Positions 1 through 9,493 of a DNA stretch of 64,000 nt are shown here, one piece after another; the first letter of the stretch is position 1; each line of letters opens with the position of its first letter. Origin of the DNA: Patescibacteria group bacterium. GTDB taxonomy: Bacteria > Patescibacteriota > Patescibacteriia > Veblenbacterales > UBA10138. The position numbers and the translations under genes were made by a program. The stretch spans positions 19,751-83,750 of the forward strand of contig JAHITT010000004.1 of the NCBI GenBank assembly GCA_018817715.1. The letters run 5' to 3'. Under the pieces are notes generated by a model. That model worked only from the letters and a program-made list of their open reading frames with translations. It did no database searches and had not been told where the DNA came from.

Positions 1-688
1 GAAATAGTTAAACCAGCTTCACCCACGGCCGTTAAAGCCGAGACCACCCAGGAAGTTGAACCGGCATCGGATTCACCGCCCGGCGCATAAGGCCAACCGC
101 CATCGTTGTTTTGAGCTTGCTTTAAATAATTAATAGCTGATTGCAAGGCACTATCGCTAGCCGACAAACCAGCGTACTTTAAAGACATTACTACGGCCGC
201 CGTATCATTAGTATCGGATTCACCGGCCTTAGCATAACTCCAACCGCCGTCGCTGTTTTGATTGCTAAGCAAATAAGCTTTAGCACCGCTGACAGAAGTA
301 TCACTTAAACTAACCCCAGCCTTAAGCAAAGCCATTAAACCCCAAGCATCATCATTTAACAAATCTTTATCACCTAATTGATTGTTATTAAACAAACCTT
401 TTAAGCCGGTTACCAAATCCACTCCAGCAAAGCTGGCTGGGTTTTGCCCCACCGCCTTAATAGCTAAAATTCTTTTAGCATAATCCGTGGCGGCCGTGCC
501 ACTAAAAGTTTTTAAATGATCTGTGGCCACCTGGCTTTGCCCGCCAGCTACAAGAGCCATAGTTAACCAATCATCAGCCGGCTGCTGCTTTAAATAATTA
601 ACTGCTTCGGGTACGCCACCCTGTACCACCATTGGTGGCGCCACTAAAAACAACAACAGTAAAAAGGCAATTATTTTTTTCTTATTCA
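1..688 (-). CDS. Secreted prenyltransferase/squalene-oxidase-repeat protein (alpha6/alpha6 barrel, transcobalamin alpha-domain-like); C-terminus lies beyond window start
   Basis: Minus-strand ORF starts at ATG 688-686 (MNKKKIIAFLLLLFLVAPP, signal peptide). Repeated GGW motifs (SDGGWSY, NDGGWPY) are typical of PT repeats. Runs off the window, so absent from the ORF track. Confidence 0.5.
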
Positions 689-777
689 TAAAATTTCTAA
701 TTAATAATTTAAAAAATAAAAGTAAATTAGGTTGGGCGGAAATATAAATTATTTATTCCCGCCCAGTTAAAATTGGC

Positions 778-1185
778 TTAAAAATTAACTTGATAAACTT
801 TAACTACCCGATTGTCCGAAAAATCATTAGGTAAAGGATTTACGGTGTTGGCTGATAAAAAACCCTTAAACAGCAAAAGCCCAGAACCTATTTTAACCAT
901 ATCCATACCAATTGACTGATAGTACCATTTGCCGTCATTGCCCTTTAAGTAATAAAGATAACTGGCTAATGTACCATCAAAAACTGTCAGCTGATAACTA
1001 TTAAAAGAGCTATTAAAAGTAAAAGTAATTTTATTGCCAAAATTACTGGCTAAATAATCTTTAACCAACATATCTTGACTGGCTTCTTCTGGCTCTACTA
1101 TTTGACCGCAGGCGCTAAAACCGCCCAAAGTTATAATTCCTAATCCAATTAAAGAACTTGTTTTAAAAAATCTCCGTCTGTCCAC
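778..1185 (-). CDS. Small lipoprotein (GTG start), downstream of B12 riboswitch
   Basis: ORF track 135 aa. Signal peptide plus lipobox-like GGFSAC. GGAGG RBS 8 nt upstream of GTG at 1185. Confidence 0.5.
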   Translation of the reverse strand: MDRRRFFKTSSLIGLGIITLGGFSACGQIVEPEEASQDMLVKDYLASNFGNKITFTFNSSFNSYQLTVFDGTLASYLYYLKGNDGKWYYQSIGMDMVKIGSGLLLFKGFLSANTVNPLPNDFSDNRVVKVYQVNF

Positions 1186-1250
1186 TTTCTACCTCCGTAG
1201 GATTGTTTGTATTTTTATTTTAGTGTTTTATTTTAAATTCACTTCTTACT

Positions 1251-1450
1251 AAAAAACCCGTTCTTAGCAAGAACGGGGAAGATTAGATGACACGACAAGT
1301 CTTAATTGTAGCGGATTCCAACCCTCTCCTTTCTCGCGAAGGAAGAGTGTATATCTATGTATCAATCATTCAGTAATCGGACTTGTCTTAAGCTTACTTA
1401 AAGACATACCGTAGCGGGACTGTGCTGGATTCTCACCAGCTTCCCTGAAT
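1251..1450 (-). ncRNA. Cobalamin (B12) riboswitch: aptamer plus intrinsic terminator expression platform
   Basis: Minus-strand read CAGGGAAGCUGGUGAGAAUCCAGCACAGUCCCGCUACGGUA matches the conserved B12-element core AGGGAA-n3-GGUGnAAnUCC-n3-RCnGnCCCGCnACnGUA. A long-range inverted repeat gacaagtcttaa/ttaagacaagtc is present. The 3' end is a hairpin cccgttcttgctaagaacggg followed by U6 (plus coordinates 1251-1277). Confidence 0.65.
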
Positions 1451-1456
1451 GATTAA

Positions 1457-2023
1457 TTATTTCAAAGAACTATTAGATAACACTTTAAACAAAGATAAAT
1501 GATAATTTTTTAATTTTACTAAATATAAAACCAAACTATAAACCCCGAATAAAACTCCGGTAAACATTAAATCTCCTATCATAGTGTTACGGAAAAAGGG
1601 AATGGCTAAAGTGTAAGCCATTATCAATCCTTCTAAAGTTTTAGGATACCAACTAGCTGTTGCCCAGACTGCCAAATTAGTTACTATAAAAAATAAAGTA
1701 GATGAGGCTAAAGAAAAAGCTACTAATTTTCCAGCTGAAAACTTTTTTAAATAAGCACCCATCAAACCAATAAAAGTAAAACTCCCATAAACAGCCAGCA
1801 TTACTGGCCAGTGATAAAAGCCAATTACTATATCCGCTAATAACATACCTGTCAGTGGCACGGCCAAGGCCCATTTTCTAGGCAATAAAGCACCAGCCAA
1901 AAGCGCCGCGGCCGCTACTGGTGCCACGTTCCAAATATGAGGCATTAAACGACTAACTACTATCAAACCTACTAAAATTAAACTAATGATTATTTTATTT
2001 TTCATAATTATACTTTTTGACAA
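1457..2023 (-). CDS. Integral membrane protein, Trp-rich, about 6 TM; possible vitamin/cobalamin transporter S-component
   Basis: ORF track 188 aa, hydrophobic throughout. Function inferred only from position in the B12 cluster. Confidence 0.45.
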   Translation of the reverse strand: MSKSIIMKNKIIISLILVGLIVVSRLMPHIWNVAPVAAAALLAGALLPRKWALAVPLTGMLLADIVIGFYHWPVMLAVYGSFTFIGLMGAYLKKFSAGKLVAFSLASSTLFFIVTNLAVWATASWYPKTLEGLIMAYTLAIPFFRNTMIGDLMFTGVLFGVYSLVLYLVKLKNYHLSLFKVLSNSSLK

Positions 2024-2091
2024 ATTCTTCCATACTTCCCAGTATCAAAGAGTTTTTCCTAATTCACAATTTATACTTCTTAATTCTATTC

Positions 2092-2541
2092 TTAAAACTC
2101 CGACTTTCTGAATGTCCACAAAATAGTTTCTCCGCCTTGCAGTTGATATTTATCAGCCGCCACCTGAGGCTGTAAGCCATTTACCCAATACTGCCAATAT
2201 TTTTGCCCGTCACTACCGTTAGCTTTATTTCCGATCTTTTTTATAAAAGCACCATAAACTGATTTATCCGGCCCGTCATAATCTAAAGCCAAAGCTTTTT
2301 CCTGATTAAGCATTACCAAAACATCCAAAATGCTTTGTCCGGGAGTTATTTCTATACCACCATAACTTATTAAGTTATCACCCGTGTCTACCAGTACAGC
2401 TACTTTGCTTAAAGCTTGTTCGGCCTGGTTGTCCGGCCGTAAATAAACGCTCTGACTTTTTTGACCAAAACTAAAACCCACTAAAAATAAACCTACCCCG
2501 GCCAATAAAGCCACTAAACTATAAATAATTCTTTGCTTCAT
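2092..2541 (-). CDS. DUF4430-like secreted protein (transcobalamin beta-domain-like B12-binding)
   Basis: Signal peptide. Motifs YGG..W..NG and KYWQYWVNG are typical of DUF4430. Adjacent to a PduO-type adenosyltransferase. Confidence 0.55.
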   Translation of the reverse strand: MKQRIIYSLVALLAGVGLFLVGFSFGQKSQSVYLRPDNQAEQALSKVAVLVDTGDNLISYGGIEITPGQSILDVLVMLNQEKALALDYDGPDKSVYGAFIKKIGNKANGSDGQKYWQYWVNGLQPQVAADKYQLQGGETILWTFRKSEF

Positions 2542-2552
2542 AAAATTATTAA

Positions 2553-3104
2553 TTAACTTCGACCCTGCCAGACTTTATCTGTTTGACCAGCTTGTTTATT
2601 AGCTAACCTGGCCAAGACGAATAAAAAATCAGACAAACGATTTAAATATTTAACGACTTCCTCTCTGACTTCTTCCATTTCCCTAAGTCTTACTACTTGA
2701 CGCTCAGCCCGACGGCAAACCGTGCGAGCCAAATGCAAACTAGCCGCCACTTTACTACCGCCTGGAAAAATAAATTGCTGTAAAGTGGGTAATTCTTTTT
2801 CCATTTTGTCTATTTGTTCTTCCAAATAAAGAATCTTATCTTCATTTACTAAAACTAAACCTTCTATAGTCTTATCTGGTGGTGTAGCCAATTCTGAAGC
2901 CAGCGTAAATAAATCTTTTTGTATATTTAGCAAAACTGCCTGATAATCATTTGCCCCATCTTCAGCTAATACCACGCCCAAAGCAGCATTAGTTTCATCC
3001 ACTGTGCCGTAAGCTTCCAATCTTAAATTACCTTTGGGCACTCTTAAACCGCCATAAAGACTGGTTTCGCCCCGATCACCGGTTTTAGTATAAATCTTAG
3101 ACAT
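2553..3104 (-). CDS. pduO: ATP:cob(I)alamin adenosyltransferase, PduO type
   Basis: N-terminus MSKIYTKTGDRGETSLYGG is the canonical PduO/MMAB signature. Confidence 0.85.
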   Translation of the reverse strand: MSKIYTKTGDRGETSLYGGLRVPKGNLRLEAYGTVDETNAALGVVLAEDGANDYQAVLLNIQKDLFTLASELATPPDKTIEGLVLVNEDKILYLEEQIDKMEKELPTLQQFIFPGGSKVAASLHLARTVCRRAERQVVRLREMEEVREEVVKYLNRLSDFLFVLARLANKQAGQTDKVWQGRS

Positions 3105-3118
3105 TAAAAATAATTAAA

Positions 3119-5416
3119 TTATTTTAATTCACAAGCACCGCTAATGCAGGCTAATTCTTTGGAACCCTGGGTTTCGTCATCATATTCGTAAGTTACTATT
3201 TTAGCAAAATCAATGTCAGGAAAATTCTTAACCAATTCTTCATAAGCTTCTTTGGTTATTTCCTCATAAGGCGCCAACTGATAAACATGCTCGTCTCGAG
3301 GCAAAAAAGACAAACCGCCCACCATTTCCCAATTCTCATAAACCCAGTTGCCTACCTTAAGCCAATCATCGCCGCCGACCGATATGGTAACTGACGGGTT
3401 ATGTTCAGTATAATTAATTTTTAAATTTTTCCAATGACCCAACAATTTCATAGCGGAAATATCACGCCTGACTATGGCCCCCTCGGGCGCTTTAATGGGA
3501 AATTCCAAAACATAAGTACTGGCTGTATCGGGTGACTGACCGACTTCGGGTTGATAAGGCACACCCATATCCTTAAGCATCAAAAATAAAGGGTTATGTC
3601 GTTCCACTCTAACTCGCCTAATATAATAAGGCGCGTGCCTGGGATGCATACCAGACGAAGAATCAAACAATTGTGAACCATTACCCGACGGCTTAACACA
3701 AGTTACGGCCGCCGAAGGATTAATACCGAATTTTTTAGCATATTCTTGATTTACTTTTACAGCCTCCTCGCGTAATTTTTTTAAAACCTCTTCTTGTCGT
3801 ACCGCCGGACAATCCCACTGACCAGTAATAGAAACTCCTAACAAAGCCTCGTCCTGGCAATTTTTTAACCAGTCCTTGGATAAATAAGGAAAATTCATCA
3901 AACTGGCTTGATAAGTTCCCAAAATAGTAGCCAGGCGAACTTTTCTTAATAAAGTTTCCTCGGTATCCTCGATCCGGGCCACTACTTCAGATAAATTACA
4001 AAACTGCTTAGATTTTAAAATAATTTCGCCACAAGGATTGGTACCGGAAGTGTGCATATCCGGAGCAAAAATCGGCCAACGTCTTTTGGGCAACTGTTTT
4101 TCCAAACTACCTCGATTAAATATACCCCGCTCGCCCGAGCCAGACTTCATAATATTTATCCACTCTTCCAAAAATTGGCTTAACTCCGGCTTAGTGTTAT
4201 AAGTCGCTGAGTTGTTGGCCATAGCTCTTTCCGGATGTTTTAAATAAAATTGACCGTCTTTGGCGTGACGCATTTCTAAATCATCCAAATCGGACAAAGA
4301 AATCAAAGCCGAACGCCTAACCCCACCCATTACCACTACCTCACCAATTTTACAAATTATATCGTGAGCATCTAAAGTGGTTAATCTTCTACCTTGGCGT
4401 TCCATCATTCTAGCGCGCACAAACTTCATTAAAGAAATTAAAGGTCCGGGGCCAGAAGCTCGTCCGCCCATTGTTTTAAGCCTAGCACCTTGTGGCCTAA
4501 TAGCAGAATAATCAAACTCAATATCTTGACCTTTAGACCAAGTAACCAAACCTAAGGCCAAAGCGTTACTCCAACCTTCTTTACTGTCTTCCACTAAATA
4601 CTTGGGTAATTTTTGGCCACCTTGCCTCTGAATAATGGGTAATTGCTCCACCGTCTGCCTTTCCACCGAAAAACCTACACCAGTACCACACATCAATACA
4701 TACATTATCTCAGCAAAATCCTGCCAAGCCTTGGGAGCGATAAAAGAACAATTATAAGCGCAAACATTAGTAGCTCGGGCCGCTTCACCAGCTCCCCACA
4801 AAAGACGCATTGAACCCAAAGCTTCCATATTACGAATACCCTCTCTAATCTCATCGTACTCAACTGTACTTAACTTATCTCCCAAATTTTCCCGCATAAA
4901 CCCAACATAACGATCAACTGTTTCCATCCAAGTTTCGCGTCGAGCTTTCTCTGGCAACCACCTGGAATAAGTACTGTAAAAAACATATTCCGAAAGTTGA
5001 TTACGAAAATATTTTTTACTAGTCTGAGCCAAATCTTTAACTTCTTGAGGTACTTCTGGACGATGACGTCTTAAATGCGCATGCTCTTCCCGGTAAACAA
5101 TATAAGCCCGAGCTGTTTTAAGCCACTTGGAACGCATTAATACCAATTCCACTATATCCTGAACCTGCTCGACTGTCGGTGTAGTGTGACCGTCATAAAT
5201 TTGTTCCAACTCCTCCGCCACTCTAAAAGCCAACCTAGCTGCTTCGGGCCGGCCGAATTCTCCTGTTTCTTTACCTGATTTAAAAATAGCCTCCACTATT
5301 TTAGTAGGATCAAACTCCACCGTCCGACCGTCACGTTTTATTATACGACTAAGTTTCAACTTGTTATTAGTTGTAGTAGTGGCGGTTGATTTAACAGACG
5401 AAGAGGTGTTAGGCAT
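3119..5416 (-). CDS. nrdJ: Ribonucleotide reductase, probably adenosylcobalamin-dependent class II (NrdJ) with N-terminal ATP-cone
   Basis: ATP-cone (KLSRIIKRDGRTVEFDPTKI), catalytic NPCGEI, C-terminal CISGAC redox pair. No beta-subunit gene nearby. PduO and B12-uptake genes are adjacent. Confidence 0.75.
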   Translation of the reverse strand: MPNTSSSVKSTATTTTNNKLKLSRIIKRDGRTVEFDPTKIVEAIFKSGKETGEFGRPEAARLAFRVAEELEQIYDGHTTPTVEQVQDIVELVLMRSKWLKTARAYIVYREEHAHLRRHRPEVPQEVKDLAQTSKKYFRNQLSEYVFYSTYSRWLPEKARRETWMETVDRYVGFMRENLGDKLSTVEYDEIREGIRNMEALGSMRLLWGAGEAARATNVCAYNCSFIAPKAWQDFAEIMYVLMCGTGVGFSVERQTVEQLPIIQRQGGQKLPKYLVEDSKEGWSNALALGLVTWSKGQDIEFDYSAIRPQGARLKTMGGRASGPGPLISLMKFVRARMMERQGRRLTTLDAHDIICKIGEVVVMGGVRRSALISLSDLDDLEMRHAKDGQFYLKHPERAMANNSATYNTKPELSQFLEEWINIMKSGSGERGIFNRGSLEKQLPKRRWPIFAPDMHTSGTNPCGEIILKSKQFCNLSEVVARIEDTEETLLRKVRLATILGTYQASLMNFPYLSKDWLKNCQDEALLGVSITGQWDCPAVRQEEVLKKLREEAVKVNQEYAKKFGINPSAAVTCVKPSGNGSQLFDSSSGMHPRHAPYYIRRVRVERHNPLFLMLKDMGVPYQPEVGQSPDTASTYVLEFPIKAPEGAIVRRDISAMKLLGHWKNLKINYTEHNPSVTISVGGDDWLKVGNWVYENWEMVGGLSFLPRDEHVYQLAPYEEITKEAYEELVKNFPDIDFAKIVTYEYDDETQGSKELACISGACELK

Positions 5417-5455
5417 AGTGATTTTTAAAAATAATAATGAAAATTTAAATTAAGT

Positions 5456-5938
5456 TTATTTTTTATCCGTTAAACGACGCTTAGCGGAACGAACATTCAA
5501 ACCTTTCAATTCTTTAGTAAAACTGTCTACATCTTGAAACGAACGATAAACCGAAGCAAATCTTATATAAGCCACTTGATCAAAATTTTTAAGCCTCTTC
5601 ATAACTATTTCACCAATATCGCGCGAAGTTATTTCTGGTTTACGTCGTCGTTGAATATCACGTTCAATTTTTTGCACTAACCCCTTAAAACGATCAGCCG
5701 TATAGGGCCTTTTTTCCAAAGAATGCCTTAAACCAACTGATAACTTTTCTTTATTATATGGCTCATGACTACCATCCCTTTTAATAACCGCCAAATCCAA
5801 TATTTCACTCTCTTCCACGGTTGAAAAACGAAAATTACATTTAGTACACTCCCGACGACGTCTAATATTCAAACCATCCGCTACAACGCGTGAATCAGTT
5901 ACTTTAGTGTCGTAATAATTACAAGAAGGACAATGCAT
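5456..5938 (-). CDS. nrdR: Transcriptional repressor NrdR (zinc ribbon plus ATP-cone); true start likely the internal Met at 5938, not the ORF-track 5974
   Basis: MHCPSCNYYDTKVTDSRV...ECTKCNFRFSTVE is the NrdR zinc-ribbon signature. Confidence 0.9.
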   Translation of the reverse strand: MHCPSCNYYDTKVTDSRVVADGLNIRRRRECTKCNFRFSTVEESEILDLAVIKRDGSHEPYNKEKLSVGLRHSLEKRPYTADRFKGLVQKIERDIQRRRKPEITSRDIGEIVMKRLKNFDQVAYIRFASVYRSFQDVDSFTKELKGLNVRSAKRRLTDKK

Positions 5939-5949
5939 ATTTATTATTC

Positions 5950-6002
5950 CTACTACAATATATAGTAGCACCAATAACTATTCTACCCCTATATGTAGTG
6001 GT
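5950..6002 (-). promoter_or_regulatory. Two tandem NrdR boxes upstream of nrdR-nrdJ
   Basis: ctaCTACAATATATAGTAg (5950-5968) and ccCCTATATGTAGtgg (5987-6002) both fit the acaCwAtATaTwGtgt consensus, with centres about 35 bp apart. Confidence 0.55.
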
Positions 6003-6148
6003 ACGTCAAAAATCGTCAAAACCTTTATTTTTGTTGGTTTTTTATAAAATAAGCAGCCAGTACATTCAAAATTGTGGATAAACCTAAAACCCGTCCTCAT
6101 AAAAGAGGGCGGGCTGTCAATTCTAGAGTCGTAAAATATTTAAAACTT

Positions 6149-7336
6149 TTACTTACCTAATTTTCTCCTAATAAAAGGCGGAATTTCATAATCATCTTCC
6201 ACTTTACTGGCCGGTTTGTCCTTAACAGTGGGATTGCTAACCATCGGCCGGCTAACCAGAGGTGAAGCTGGTTTTTCAAAAGGAATTTCTTCAGTTTTAA
6301 CAGTTGATTTAACTTCACCGCGAGCCAAAGACGAAGGCGTATAAGAATTATTCGGCAAAGGATTAATATTTTTCTTCGTTTTGGATTGTTCAGCAAAACC
6401 AGTCGCTATAACAGTTACCTTAAGCTGATCCTTCATACTCTCATCAATAACCGCACCAAAAATAATTTTAGCATTGGAATCAGCTGAACTAGTTATCACC
6501 CGAGCAGCTTCATTAACTTCATACATAGTCAAGCTAGGTCCGCCAGTAATAGTAAATAATATGCCCTTAGCACCATCAATACCAATTTCCAACAAAGGAG
6601 AATCAATAGCTGCCTTGGCTGCTTCCACCGCCCGATCCTCACCGCTGGCCTGACCAATACCCATTAAAGCTGAACCTGTTCCGCTCATAATAGCTTTAAC
6701 ATCAGCAAAATCCACGTTAATTAATCCTGGTATAGTAACCAATTCAGAAATACCCTGAACACCTTGCCGCAGAACTTCATCAACAATACTAAAAGAATCC
6801 AACAAAGAAGTCTTTTTATCTATTAATTGCAGCAAGCGATCATTAGGTATGGTAATAATAGTATCCACCTTATCCATTAGTTCATCATAACCTTGTTCAG
6901 CCACTCCTCGTCGCTGAGCACCTTCAAAACTAAAAGGCTTAGTTACAACAGCAATAGTTAAAGCGCCGGCTTCCTTAGCCAGTTCAGCTATTAAAGGTGA
7001 AGCACCTGTACCAGTACCCCCACCCAAACCACAAGTCAAAAATACCATATCGGCACCCTTTAAAGCCTCTTTTATCTCGTCCCGACTTTCTTCAGCGGCT
7101 TTACGCCCCAATTCTGGATCCATACCCGCTCCCAAACCACGGGTGATAGCCGAACCAATATGGATTTTGGTTGAAGCTCTGGAATAATGTAAAGCTTGAG
7201 CATCAGTATTAATAGCCAAAAACTCAACGCCTCTTATTTTTCCGGAAATCATGCGATTAACAGCCGAGCCGCCCGACCCCCCCACGCCAACGACTTTTAT
7301 TTTGGCCAATGTTTCAATTTCTGGTTTAACTTCCAT
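6149..7336 (-). CDS. ftsZ: Cell division protein FtsZ
   Basis: GGGTGTG tubulin signature (GLGGGTGTGASP). Confidence 0.95.
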   Translation of the reverse strand: MEVKPEIETLAKIKVVGVGGSGGSAVNRMISGKIRGVEFLAINTDAQALHYSRASTKIHIGSAITRGLGAGMDPELGRKAAEESRDEIKEALKGADMVFLTCGLGGGTGTGASPLIAELAKEAGALTIAVVTKPFSFEGAQRRGVAEQGYDELMDKVDTIITIPNDRLLQLIDKKTSLLDSFSIVDEVLRQGVQGISELVTIPGLINVDFADVKAIMSGTGSALMGIGQASGEDRAVEAAKAAIDSPLLEIGIDGAKGILFTITGGPSLTMYEVNEAARVITSSADSNAKIIFGAVIDESMKDQLKVTVIATGFAEQSKTKKNINPLPNNSYTPSSLARGEVKSTVKTEEIPFEKPASPLVSRPMVSNPTVKDKPASKVEDDYEIPPFIRRKLGK

Positions 7337-7360
7337 AAAAACTTGGTTAATAAAATAAAA

Positions 7361-8602
7361 TTAAGGAATAACTGATTTAAAAATTTTTTTAAAAACTCCA
7401 CTTACTTGTTTTATTTGTGAAAATCTAGGCCATTTAAATCCACTACTACCACTATCCGTCTGCTGATTAATTCCCCAACGTAATAAACCGATAGCCGTAG
7501 TAAAAGAAATATCATTAATTCTTTCTAAAGGACTAGTTACGTCCAAAGCATAACCTAAACTGGCGGGTAAACGAAATTTCTTCTTAGCTAAATCTAATAA
7601 TCCTGGCAATTTTGCCCCACCACCAGTTAAAACTATTCCAGCAGGTAATTTACCTGAACGATCCAATTTAATAAGTTCTTTATCAATCATTTCAAAAATA
7701 TCTTCTAACCTGGCTTCAATAATTTCCGCCACCTGCCGACGATTCACCCGACCTTCTTCATTAGAAAATTCAGATAAATCAATTTCCTCTCTTTTACCAA
7801 CTTCATCCGGCATGGCCTGACCATAATCCATTTTTAATCTTTCTGCGACATCAATAGAAGTTCGTAAACAAATTGCTATATCATTGGTAATGTGGCCAGA
7901 ACCTACTGGCAAGACAACAGCATGCAAAGGATCTCCTTCTTCTAAAACCAACAAACTAGTGGTAGAACCACCGATATTAACAACTGCCACACCCAATTCT
8001 TTTTGTCTTTTACTAACAACTGCCTCGGCGTTAGCTAAAATACCTAAAACCAAATCATCAATATCTACACCAGTACGATAAACACACTTTGTTAAATTTT
8101 TTATCTGAGCAGATTGACCTTGAATAATCTGCGCCTCCACCTCCAAACGAACACCAGTCATACCGACTGGATCTTTTATACCCGGCTGACTGTCCACACT
8201 ATAACTACGGGGTAAGACATGTAATATTTCATAATTAGGTGGCACTGCTACAGCCTGAGCCGCTTCCACTACACGTACAACATCATCTTCGCCGATTTCT
8301 CCGTTTGGTTTAGAAACAGCAATTACTCCGCGACTAGATTGAGAAACAATATGATTACCATTAATGCTAACTAAAACATGCTCGACTGGGGCGCCAAGCA
8401 TTCTTTCGGTTTTTTCTAAACAACTGGAAATAGAAGTAACGGCGTCTTCTATACTGGTTACCACACCACGATTTATTCCATCCGAAGGAACCTCGGCTAA
8501 ACCAATAATCTGTAACTGATCAGTCGAAGAAACTTGAGCAACCGCCAAACGAACATCGGTTGAACCTATATCTAATCCGGCAATAATACTTAGTTTGGCC
8601 AT
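7361..8602 (-). CDS. ftsA: Cell division protein FtsA (actin-like ATPase)
   Basis: IAGLDIGST actin fold N-terminus. Sits immediately upstream of ftsZ. Confidence 0.9.
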   Translation of the reverse strand: MAKLSIIAGLDIGSTDVRLAVAQVSSTDQLQIIGLAEVPSDGINRGVVTSIEDAVTSISSCLEKTERMLGAPVEHVLVSINGNHIVSQSSRGVIAVSKPNGEIGEDDVVRVVEAAQAVAVPPNYEILHVLPRSYSVDSQPGIKDPVGMTGVRLEVEAQIIQGQSAQIKNLTKCVYRTGVDIDDLVLGILANAEAVVSKRQKELGVAVVNIGGSTTSLLVLEEGDPLHAVVLPVGSGHITNDIAICLRTSIDVAERLKMDYGQAMPDEVGKREEIDLSEFSNEEGRVNRRQVAEIIEARLEDIFEMIDKELIKLDRSGKLPAGIVLTGGGAKLPGLLDLAKKKFRLPASLGYALDVTSPLERINDISFTTAIGLLRWGINQQTDSGSSGFKWPRFSQIKQVSGVFKKIFKSVIP

Positions 8603-8698
8603 GAGAACAATTAAAAAATAAATCTATATACTTTTTTAGTATACAACTTATTAAACCAATCTGCCAACTAAACCCATGAACAATTAAATTGTTCAGGT

Positions 8699-9058
8699 CT
8701 AGTTATTGAATATTAAAAAAAGCCCAACCACGACGGCTAAGCCAGCGGCCAAAAGTACCAAAGCTGCCAACATGTCCTTTAATCGACCTACTGCCTCGGA
8801 AAACTTGGGCTCCAAAAGATCCATTAATCTTTCCAAAATAGTATTTAATATTTCACCAGATAAAACAAAAAAACAAATCAATAATAATAATAACCAAGCT
8901 AATAAATCCCAGTTATTCCACCAAGCGTAGCCTACAACTAAAATAGCCGCTAAAATTTCCCAACGAAAACTAACCTCCCGACGCCACAAATAAACCAAGC
9001 CCCGACCAGCATAACTAAAACGCCTTAACCATTGTTTTGCTATTCTAAATATAAACAT
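8699..9058 (-). CDS. dgkA: Diacylglycerol/undecaprenol kinase family (DgkA)
   Basis: 119 aa, 3 TM. GEILNTILERLMDL matches the DgkA E..NTAIE motif. Confidence 0.7.
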   Translation of the reverse strand: MFIFRIAKQWLRRFSYAGRGLVYLWRREVSFRWEILAAILVVGYAWWNNWDLLAWLLLLLICFFVLSGEILNTILERLMDLLEPKFSEAVGRLKDMLAALVLLAAGLAVVVGLFLIFNN

Positions 9059-9060
9059 AA

Positions 9061-9483
9061 TTAAAATAAAATTCTTTTTTCTAAATCTCTCATTATTTTT
9101 CTTTCACTAACCACTAGATGATCATAACCGGCCAAATGAAGTAAACCATGACCAAAAAGAATGCTAAGTTCTTTAGCTAGAGAATGTTGGCGCCGTTTAG
9201 CTTGAATAATAGCTTGATCTAAACAAACAATAAGCTCCCCTACAATTGGCTCAACTTGATAAGTAAAAGATAAAATATCTGTTACTTTATTTTGATGACG
9301 GTGCCGAGTATTTAATTGACGCATCACTGGCCGACTAACAAAAACTAAAGACAATTCCTGCAAACTAAATCCGGTTACCAGATGAAATTTTTTTATAATT
9401 TTTTTGGTTTGCTTTAGAAAAGCGAACGGTATTACACCGCCGGCTAAATTATTATACTCAAAAACAAAACCAACTCCGAGCAT
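9061..9483 (-). CDS. ybeY: rRNA maturation endoribonuclease YbeY
   Basis: HGLLHLAGYDH metal-binding motif. Confidence 0.85.
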   Translation of the reverse strand: MLGVGFVFEYNNLAGGVIPFAFLKQTKKIIKKFHLVTGFSLQELSLVFVSRPVMRQLNTRHRHQNKVTDILSFTYQVEPIVGELIVCLDQAIIQAKRRQHSLAKELSILFGHGLLHLAGYDHLVVSERKIMRDLEKRILF

Positions 9484-9493
9484 TTATTTAAAA

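Noticed and set aside
1186-1456. tmRNA, RNase P RNA or SRP RNA as identity of the structured intergenic RNA
   Set aside because: No tRNA-like T-arm or CCA ends (tmRNA) and no P4 GGAAAGUCCGG-type motif (RNase P). The strong match is instead to the cobalamin-riboswitch core, so it was called a riboswitch.
6157-6396. Antisense or embedded ORFs inside large genes (6157-6396, 7884-8081, 12845-13195, 19336-19611, 23207-23434, 52393-53172, 58788-59252, 60672-60965 and others in the track)
   Set aside because: Each lies entirely within a longer, motif-supported CDS on the other strand or frame. They are typical spurious ORFs.
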